Source of the DNA: Oligoflexia bacterium
GTDB taxonomy: Bacteria > Bdellovibrionota > Bdellovibrionia > JABDDW01
Direction: 5' to 3'
Assembly: GCA_043732305.1 (NCBI GenBank)
Contig: JAYTHU010000154.1
Location: 1 to 11,295 of the forward strand
Length of the DNA stretch: 11,295 nt
Shown piece after piece: positions 1-6,096 of the stretch (the stretch's first letter is position 1; each line of letters opens with the position of its first letter). Both the position numbers and the translations under genes were made by a program. The notes beneath the pieces were generated by a model. That model had not been told where the DNA came from, ran no database searches, and saw only the letters and a list, made by a program, of their open reading frames with translations.

Positions 1-83
1 GCCTTTAGCACTGAACCAAGATGTTCAGCTAAACGAACGGCCTGCTCTTTAAATTCAGTCGTATACTTTCTTGCCTTTGCCAT
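1..83 (-). CDS. IS3-family transposase OrfA, N-terminal HTH fragment (partial; not in the ORF track)
   Basis: Manual translation from ATG at 83 gives MAKARKYTTEFKEQAVRLAEHLGSVLK, matching the 'RKY..EFK..AV.L' start typical of IS3 OrfA (HTH_Tnp_1). The frame is open to the window edge. Confidence 0.85.
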   Translation of the reverse strand, partial: MAKARKYTTEFKEQAVRLAEHLGSVLK

Positions 84-147
84 AACGGACTCACATTTCC
101 GAGCGAAAATCGCTCGTTTATGTGTCCACCAAATCGGGGGAACTTCA
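1..147 (-). mobile_element. IS3-family insertion sequence, left end (partial; continues beyond position 1)
   Basis: Minus strand from 147 reads TGAAGTTCCCCCGATTTGGTGGACACA, a 5'-TG terminus resembling IS3-family inverted repeats. An OrfA-like transposase starts 64 nt inside, and the DUF3800 ORF loses plausibility at this point. Confidence 0.85.
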
Positions 148-358
148 ATAATTTGATCACGGCTGACACTTGAGATTCATCAAGTGAACTACCTTTAATT
201 TCTCGAGACCCATTTCTCCAGCTTTTCGTCAATTTTTTAAATCTTCTAAAGAGAGTCACCGCAAATTCTTCGGGTATAACTAAAGCAGCAACGCAGGAAA
301 CTTTGTTAGGTTGTTGCTGGATATTGAATAGACCCGACTCATCAATAAATATGTACAT
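148..358 (-). pseudogene. DUF3800-family (RNase H-like) protein, 5' part, interrupted by IS3 in codon 71
   Basis: N-terminal MYIFIDESG and downstream EIKG motifs are typical of DUF3800. GGAG RBS at 370-373 (minus). Residues after ...VIKLL in the 109-aa track ORF are read-through into the IS end. Confidence 0.75.
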
Positions 359-395
359 AAAAAAATAATCTCCGCTTTTCTAACTATGATAAATG

Positions 396-426
396 AAAAA
401 CCACCTCGACGAGAGTGGCCTTTTTT
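396..426 (-). terminator. Rho-independent terminator downstream of tRNA-Arg (possibly bidirectional)
   Basis: Minus strand AAAAAAGGCCAC-T-CTC-GTC-GAG-GTGGTTTTT forms a stem-loop with a T-run on both strands, 30 nt after the tRNA CCA end. Confidence 0.6.
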
Positions 427-456
427 GTTTTTAGAATCTGTTCTCCGCATGTAAAG

Positions 457-533
457 TGGTGTTCACGGCAAGGATTGAACTTGCGACCCCCAGTTTAGGA
501 AACTAGTGCTCTATCCAACTGAGCTACGTGAAC
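457..533 (-). tRNA. tRNA-Arg(CCT), intact, 77 nt, encoded CCA
   Basis: Folds as GTTCACG-TA-GCTC-AGTTGGATA-GAGC-A-CTAGT-TTCCTAA-ACTGG-GGGTC-GCAAG-TTCAATC-CTTGC-CGTGAAC-A-CCA. Perfect 7-bp acceptor stem, anticodon CCT, A20 arginine identity base. Confidence 0.96.
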
Positions 534-548
534 ACATAGATTGAATTT

Positions 549-609
549 TTCTATCCAATTTTGGGTGTAACATATTGAAAAAAGGCATTTTTCCATTCTA
601 TCCAATTTT
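549..609 (+). repeat. Two perfect 14-bp direct repeats TTCTATCCAATTTT (549-562, 596-609); candidate integrase arm-type sites
   Basis: Repeats read directly, period 47 bp. Their TCTATCCAA core also occurs at 510-518 and 705-713 (tRNA D-loops). The function is inferred. Confidence 0.7.
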
Positions 610-636
610 TGAAAAGAGGTTTTTTGCGAAGTCATC

Positions 637-649
637 TAACCTCTTAATA
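637..649 (-). promoter_or_regulatory. IHF-like binding site
   Basis: Minus strand TATTAAGAGGTTA matches the consensus WATCAANNNNTTR with one mismatch. It lies between the putative crossover point and the direct repeats. The region is AT-rich, so chance is possible. Confidence 0.4.
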
Positions 650-688
650 TCATAGTGGTTTTTGAACTCAAGAACTTTCGGTCACAGC

Positions 689-728
689 TTTAGGAAACTA
701 GTGCTCTATCCAACTGAGCTACGCGGTC
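689..728 (-). pseudogene. 5' half of a second tRNA-Arg(CCT) gene (positions 1 to ~39); probable att junction
   Basis: 689-723 is identical over 35 bp to 494-528 (offset 195). The 5' acceptor strand is GACCGCG instead of GTTCACG. After TTCCTAAA there is no proper anticodon-stem 3' strand, T-arm hairpin, complementary acceptor strand or correctly placed CCA. Confidence 0.85.
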
Positions 729-840
729 TTAGATTTTCAGGATACTCAAAATCCCTCATGTTTTAATACTGTTAATTAGGACTTACAAACTTTATTTAAG
801 TCCGCTTAATGACGTTAGAGTCAGAAAGTGAGCGTATCTC

Positions 841-1519
841 TCAAAAATAAATGTATTGATTGATCATGAAATTTAGATTCGCATTCGGGATTAAAAACGC
901 GACAGTGGGAGCGACTTGATAAGTTATATTATTAAAAGATATTCCGCCTATCGTCGCAGAACTTCTAGTCACAGTTCTTGCAAATTCGTAAGTAAGGCCA
1001 CTCGAGAAACCAAAACTACCCTCTTCAAGCTTGTGATACTCAAGATTCAATCCTGCGCTCCCCGAGCCCACATCAGTTTCGGTAAATCCATAACCTTGAT
1101 ATGTCCCCGAACTGTAAGAAGTATTCGCAAAACTGTAACTTAAGTAAGCAGCCAGACCTTCTGCCCGAAATCTTTTACTTATTTTTCTATTATTTATAAC
1201 TCTTCTAAATTTACTCTTCCTTACAGTCTGGCCAACTTTGATATCGTCAAAGTTTGAACAGTGAAAGGAACTGGCAGTAACATTACCTTGATCAATCTCC
1301 GTCACGAAAACTCTACAAGCAGAACCATTTTCTAGGCCAAACAACGAGGATGTCATTTTGATGAATCGTCTTGTGAGGATTGCGATACTCCACAACCAGT
1401 GATTCCCCATCCACTTCGGCGACACTTCCAAGCTCTTCACTACTTGATGTTGGCGGGCCTTGCTGAGCAAAAGAGCGCGTCGAAATCAAAATCAAAATAC
1501 AAAAAGATATGTTCTTCAT
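841..1519 (-). pseudogene. Frameshifted and probably C-terminally truncated exported/outer-membrane beta-barrel protein
   Basis: ORF 1519-1313 starts with a signal peptide (MKNISFCILILISTRSFA). The sense appears to continue in the 1470-841 frame at about 1340 (..HQNDILVV/GLENGSACRVFV..). That frame has alternating beta-strand patterns (GLNLEY, FGFSSGLTYEF, NANLNF) but too few strands for a barrel. Confidence 0.6.
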
Positions 1520-1546
1520 TTTTACCTTGCAGAAGACTTGCTTCTT

Positions 1547-2626
1547 CTAAAAAGCCGAAGAACGACTGAGGTGTATGCCATTTTTGTGGAGCAAAATGTC
1601 GTCGGCGGGGTCACCGTTGAGTTTCACCGCGGTTGCTCTCAGGAGGTCGTCACTCGCTTCAATCTGAATGATGGTGCGAACTTCTTGGGCAGGGAGAGTT
1701 TTGAAGGGGTTTTTAGCGGCCTCGTGCCCCATTGAACCGCCCGCGGCCCCGGTGGTAATGTAGTGAATTCCATTTCGCAAACTGTGTTCATAAATATGAG
1801 TATGACCATTGAAGACCATGTCCACGCCGTATTTTTCAAAAAGCGGAACGTAATATTCTCGCACCGCCAGGTATTCGCGTTTTAAATATTCCGGCAGTTG
1901 CATAATACTTTGGCTGTAGGGTGGATGATGAAAAACAACAACCTTCCATGAAGACACCAGCTGTAATTCTTTTTCTAAAAAAGACAACTGGGTTTGAATC
2001 AACGTAGGATCATCTTCAAATGCAGAATTTAAAACAATGACATGCACTGGCCCGACCCACGCCGAATAAAAAGCGTCGTGCGCTTCAAAATTAAAATGTT
2101 CTTTCCACAGTTCTGCTTCGTCGCTGAATCGATACTCATGGTTTCCCACGACTGGGATCATCGCTCGATGTGAATTCACCACGGACATCGCATCAAAAAA
2201 TTTCTGCCAGTCTTCATTGAAAGATCCATTTTGAACCAAATCTCCACCATAAATGACGGCTGAGGGATCCCACAATTCTATCAAATGCGCAAACTGAGCA
2301 TCCAAACCAGTGCCTTCTTGTGTGTCCGCTAAAAATGTCACTTTGACCGGACCGAAATCTTGGGGACAGGGGATATTTTTAATCGAAACCGGCGAGCTCA
2401 TTCCATTCACCTGATAAGTCTGATCGTTTCCAAAACCACATACCGGAAGCGGCAGCTTCATCCTCTGGGATACAGAACCCTTGTATTGCCAGGCCACAGA
2501 AAGATTTGCCCCGTGCTCCAAATATAAATAAGGGGCGATGGCAAAACCGAACAAATCAGATGATGTTTGGGCATGCGACGGCCAACCTAATAACCCTCCC
2601 AGCAAAATCATTAAAATGACACTCAT
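1547..2626 (-). CDS. Secreted calcineurin-like metallophosphoesterase (purple acid phosphatase-like)
   Basis: Motifs ADTQ, GDLV, GNHE, HHPPY and GHTHIYE. Start moved to ATG 2626 (MSVILMILLGGLLGWPSHA, signal peptide) because the track TTG start at 2662 coincides with a -35 box. Confidence 0.88.
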   Translation of the reverse strand: MSVILMILLGGLLGWPSHAQTSSDLFGFAIAPYLYLEHGANLSVAWQYKGSVSQRMKLPLPVCGFGNDQTYQVNGMSSPVSIKNIPCPQDFGPVKVTFLADTQEGTGLDAQFAHLIELWDPSAVIYGGDLVQNGSFNEDWQKFFDAMSVVNSHRAMIPVVGNHEYRFSDEAELWKEHFNFEAHDAFYSAWVGPVHVIVLNSAFEDDPTLIQTQLSFLEKELQLVSSWKVVVFHHPPYSQSIMQLPEYLKREYLAVREYYVPLFEKYGVDMVFNGHTHIYEHSLRNGIHYITTGAAGGSMGHEAAKNPFKTLPAQEVRTIIQIEASDDLLRATAVKLNGDPADDILLHKNGIHLSRSSAF

Positions 2627-2632
2627 CCCATC

Positions 2633-2662
2633 ATTATGAGAGAGCAGGCTGGCTACTGTCAA
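2633..2662 (-). promoter_or_regulatory. Sigma70-type promoter for the metallophosphoesterase
   Basis: TTGACA (2662-2657), 18-nt spacer, CATAAT (2638-2633). The ATG begins 7 nt after the -10 box. Confidence 0.6.
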
Positions 2663-2665
2663 TCC

Positions 2666-2694
2666 TTGACGAAATTCATAAACTTCGCTATCAA
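2666..2694 (+). promoter_or_regulatory. Putative sigma70-type promoter of the gap operon
   Basis: TTGACG (2666-2671), 17-nt spacer, TATCAA (2689-2694). RBS AAGGAG at 2719-2724. Confidence 0.45.
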
Positions 2695-2731
2695 TCTCAA
2701 GAAACCAAAAAGAAAATCAAGGAGTTCCCCG

Positions 2732-3742
2732 ATGTCTACCCTTCCCGCCGTTGGAATCAATGGATTTGGCCGAATTGGCCGCGTTTTATTTCGAGCTGCC
2801 GTCAACAAGCTTGAAGTCAAAGCGATCAACGACACCACTGACACAAAAACTCTCGCTCACCTTTTGAAATATGACAGCATCCATGGAACGTTCCCAGGAA
2901 CGATCGAAGCTGGAGAAAACTTTTTGGTTGTGAATGGAAAAAAGATCCCAGTTTTCACTACTCGCAATCCTGGAGAAATTCCTTGGGCTAAACAAGGCGT
3001 CGAACTTGTTTTGGAATGCACGGGCGCACTTAAAAATAAAGAAGCGGCACTGGAGCACATCAATAAAGGTGGCGCAAAACGCGTGATCGTTTCTGCTCCC
3101 GCTGATGACAGTGACTTAACCCTAGTTTTGGGCGTAAACGATAACCTGTATGATCCTAAAAAACATTTGATTGTCAGTAACGCAAGTTGCACCACAAACT
3201 GTCTAGCACCCATCGCTAAAATTCTTCATGACAGATTTAATATTGAATCTGGTCTGATGACCACCGTTCACTCTTACACCAACGATCAGCGCTTGATGGA
3301 TGCAGGACACAAAGACTTGCGCCGCGCCCGCGCCGCTGGCTTGAGCATGATACCCACAACCACCGGTGCCGCAAAAACTGTTGGAAAAATTATTCCCGAA
3401 CTCAAAGGCAAAATTGACGGAGTCAGCATTAGAGTTCCAACTCCAAATGTTAGCTTGATTGATTTTGTGGCGAATGTTTCCAAAGGCACCTCAATCAAAG
3501 AAATCAACGATGTTTTGATTGAAGCTTCTGAAGGCGCTTTCAAAAATATTATTTTCTGCGAAAAGAACGAACTCGTCAGCCATGATTTCAACGGCAATCC
3601 TTTTTCGAGCATCGTCGATCTCCCTTGCACTCAAATCATTGGTACAAAAATGATCAAAGTTTTAGCTTGGTATGACAACGAAACCGGTTTTTCAAATCGA
3701 ATGGTTGATCTCGCTCTTTTAATGGCAAAGCAGGGCTTATGA
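2732..3742 (+). CDS. gap: Glyceraldehyde-3-phosphate dehydrogenase, type I
   Basis: GINGFGRIGR, ASCTTNCL active site and WYDNE motifs. Start at ATG 2732 with AAGGAG 7 nt upstream. Confidence 0.98.
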   Translation: MSTLPAVGINGFGRIGRVLFRAAVNKLEVKAINDTTDTKTLAHLLKYDSIHGTFPGTIEAGENFLVVNGKKIPVFTTRNPGEIPWAKQGVELVLECTGALKNKEAALEHINKGGAKRVIVSAPADDSDLTLVLGVNDNLYDPKKHLIVSNASCTTNCLAPIAKILHDRFNIESGLMTTVHSYTNDQRLMDAGHKDLRRARAAGLSMIPTTTGAAKTVGKIIPELKGKIDGVSIRVPTPNVSLIDFVANVSKGTSIKEINDVLIEASEGAFKNIIFCEKNELVSHDFNGNPFSSIVDLPCTQIIGTKMIKVLAWYDNETGFSNRMVDLALLMAKQGL

Positions 3743-4980
3743 AATCAGGCCTGGATGGAATAAAATTTATTGAAGATCTCAATCTGAAAGATAAAAAAGT
3801 TTTTATCCGATTAGATTTGAATGTGCCCATGCAAGATGGCGTGATCACCGATGACACTCGCATCGTGGAGGCAATTAAAACTATCAAGTACGCTCTTTCT
3901 CACAACGCTAGAATCATTTTGTCCAGTCACCTTGGACGTCCCCACGGAGACACCCCTGAGGAGCGCGCCAAGTTTTCCATGCTCCCCGTCGCGGAAAAAC
4001 TTCAAGAACTATTAGGCGTAGAAGTAATTCTTTTTGATGACCCTTCAGGCGAAGGCGCCAAAGGACTACTTTGGGAACTTGATAAAAAACGAATCATGTT
4101 GTTAGAAAATTCTCGATTCACCGCTGGCGAAGAAAAAAATTCCATGGACCTCGCCGTGAGTCTCTCTTCTCTAACCGAAGTTTACATCACTGATGCGTTC
4201 GGTGCTTTACACCGATCTCATGCCACTGTTGTGGCCCTTCCTAGTTTGATCATTGAAAAAGGCGTAGGCTATTTGATCAAAAAAGAAATCGAAATTTATG
4301 ATCGCCTCACTCACGATATCAAAAGGCCTTTTTGGGCGGTTTTGGGCGGAGCAAAAGTCAGCGATAAAATTGGCGTGATAGAAAAATTGCTGGAAAAAGT
4401 TGACGGCTTTGTCATTGGCGGAGCCATGGCTTATACGTTTTTAGCCGCACAGAAAATTCCAGTTGGAAAATCTCTAGTTGAAAAAGATAAAATTCTTTTG
4501 GCCTTAGATATTCTTCGCCGACTTCATGCTAAAGGCAAAAAAATCATTCTCCCGATCGATCACGTGGTTGCCAAAGAACTTAAAATCGGAGCGCAAACTG
4601 CGATCAGACAACGCAATATCTTCGAAGACGAAATGGGTTTGGATATTGGACCTCAGACAATAGAACTCATCCGCAATGAACTTAAAAATGCTAAGACCAT
4701 CTTTTGGAATGGCCCCATGGGCGCATTCGAAATTGAACCTTTTGAAAAAGGGACTTACGCAGTAGCCGCAATCATCTCTGAAATTGTCGGAACCACAGTC
4801 GTAGGTGGCGGAGATTCCGTGAGCGCTGTCAAGAAAGCCGGGTTGGCCGAAAAGTTCACGCACGTGTCTACTGGCGGAGGCGCAAGCCTCGAGTATCTTG
4901 AAGGCATCAAGCTCCCAGGGTTGGAAATCATGAAGAAGGCACCATCTCCAGTGATAGCAAATCAAGGAATCAAACCTTAA
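3739..4980 (+). CDS. pgk: Phosphoglycerate kinase
   Basis: RLDLNVP, SHLGRP, GGAKVSDKI, WNGPMG, GGGDS and HVSTGGGASLE motifs. ATGA overlap with gap. Confidence 0.98.
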   Translation: MKSGLDGIKFIEDLNLKDKKVFIRLDLNVPMQDGVITDDTRIVEAIKTIKYALSHNARIILSSHLGRPHGDTPEERAKFSMLPVAEKLQELLGVEVILFDDPSGEGAKGLLWELDKKRIMLLENSRFTAGEEKNSMDLAVSLSSLTEVYITDAFGALHRSHATVVALPSLIIEKGVGYLIKKEIEIYDRLTHDIKRPFWAVLGGAKVSDKIGVIEKLLEKVDGFVIGGAMAYTFLAAQKIPVGKSLVEKDKILLALDILRRLHAKGKKIILPIDHVVAKELKIGAQTAIRQRNIFEDEMGLDIGPQTIELIRNELKNAKTIFWNGPMGAFEIEPFEKGTYAVAAIISEIVGTTVVGGGDSVSAVKKAGLAEKFTHVSTGGGASLEYLEGIKLPGLEIMKKAPSPVIANQGIKP

Positions 4981-5735
4981 TGCGGCAGAAGATCATCGCC
5001 GGCAATTGGAAAATGAATCATGGGCCGAAGGAAGCTGAAGCCTTTGTGAAAGAGTTTTTGCCGCTCGTTCAGATGACTCAAAGTCCATCTTTAGAGTGGG
5101 TGATTTTCCCTCCGTACGTGACAATTCCAAAAGTTAAAGAACTACTTGAACAAAGCCAAGTAAAGTATGGGGCAGAGAACTGTCACGAAGCCGAGAGTGG
5201 TGCTTACACGGGAGAAATTTCGGCTTCAATGTTGGAACAATTAAAGTGTCATTACACTCTCATTGGGCATTCCGAAAGGCGCCAGCTTTTCGGAGAAACC
5301 AGTGAGAAATGCGCTAAGAAAATCAAAGTCCTCATCGCCCACGGAATTACCCCAATGTATTGCGTGGGTGAAACTCAAAGTGAACGAGACGAAAATAAGA
5401 CTTCCTCCATTTTGATAGCTCAGATGAAAGCCGGCTTGGTTTTATGGGATCCCAACACTCCCTTAGTGATTGCCTATGAACCCGTTTGGGCGATCGGAAC
5501 CGGTAAAGTGGCAACCCCAGCAATGGCTGAAGAAGCTCACCGAATCATCCGTACTCAATTGACTGAAAGCTTTGGTGCTACAAAAGCGGCCACCATTTGC
5601 ATCCTCTACGGAGGTTCGGTAAAGCCAGATAACAGCGTCGAATTGTCTCAACAACCCAATATTGACGGTTTTTTGGTCGGCGGAGCCTCTTTGACTGCAA
5701 AATCATTTGCTCAAATAGGGCAAATCCCATTATAA
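4980..5735 (+). CDS. tpiA: Triosephosphate isomerase
   Basis: AGNWKMN, GHSERR, AYEPVWAIGTG, YGGSV and GFLVGGASL motifs. TAATG overlap with pgk. Confidence 0.98.
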   Translation: MRQKIIAGNWKMNHGPKEAEAFVKEFLPLVQMTQSPSLEWVIFPPYVTIPKVKELLEQSQVKYGAENCHEAESGAYTGEISASMLEQLKCHYTLIGHSERRQLFGETSEKCAKKIKVLIAHGITPMYCVGETQSERDENKTSSILIAQMKAGLVLWDPNTPLVIAYEPVWAIGTGKVATPAMAEEAHRIIRTQLTESFGATKAATICILYGGSVKPDNSVELSQQPNIDGFLVGGASLTAKSFAQIGQIPL

Positions 5736-5769
5736 ATCTATGAACACCAATTTAAGGAGACCTTAGAAA

Positions 5770-6093
5770 ATGGAACATGGGATTACATTGATCGCGATCG
5801 TGCATATTATTGCTGCCTTTATTTTGGTGGTGATTGTTCTTCTTCAAGACAGCAAAGGCGGCGGTCTCGGTGCAAGCTTCGGCGGCGGATCCAACCAAAG
5901 TATTTTTGGAGCTTCAGGCGCGTCCTCCTTCTTGGTAAAAGTCACCCGCTGGGTGGCTGTTGGATTCATGCTCACGAGCGTGACTCTCACAATTTTATCG
6001 GCACATAAAAACTCTCACTCTGTTCTTGATGGGATAATTCCAACATCGACAGCTCCAGCTGCTCCCGTTTCCCCAGTGACTCCCGCAAAATAA
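5770..6093 (+). CDS. secG: Preprotein translocase subunit SecG
   Basis: Two transmembrane segments around LLQDSKGGGLGASFGGG. Usual position after tpiA. RBS AAGGAG upstream. Confidence 0.93.
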   Translation: MEHGITLIAIVHIIAAFILVVIVLLQDSKGGGLGASFGGGSNQSIFGASGASSFLVKVTRWVAVGFMLTSVTLTILSAHKNSHSVLDGIIPTSTAPAAPVSPVTPAK

Positions 6094-6096
6094 ACT

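Noticed and set aside
29..358. Intact 109-aa protein as listed in the ORF track
   Set aside because: The last ~38 residues are translated IS3 end sequence.
510..713. CRISPR-like array from the TCTATCCAA repeats
   Set aside because: The units are only 9-14 bp, spacing is irregular (40, 47, 108), two copies are tRNA D-loops, and there are no cas genes in the window.
652..728. Second functional or intron-containing tRNA
   Set aside because: No strand complementary to GACCGCG lies downstream and there is no T-stem. Joining the fragment to the 3' half of the intact gene gives a mismatched acceptor stem, and the spacer is too short and AT-rich for a group I intron.
679..728. CGGTC direct repeat (679-683, 724-728) as a target-site duplication around the fragment
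   Set aside because: It is only 5 bp, and one copy is the acceptor strand itself, so it cannot be told from chance.
775..806. Chromosomal dif site
   Set aside because: It lacks the XerD arm TTATGTTAAAT, and the symmetry fits a 7-bp rather than 6-bp spacer.
916..1839. ORFs 916-1143, 1460-1735 and 1639-1839
   Set aside because: They overlap better-supported genes and have no motifs or clear RBS.
2636..2731. 32-residue N-terminal extension of GAPDH
   Set aside because: It spans the promoter region, and a strong RBS precedes ATG 2732, where GAPDH similarity begins.
2659..5654. Minus-strand ORFs antisense to gap, pgk and tpiA
   Set aside because: These are shadow frames of conserved genes with no recognisable motifs.
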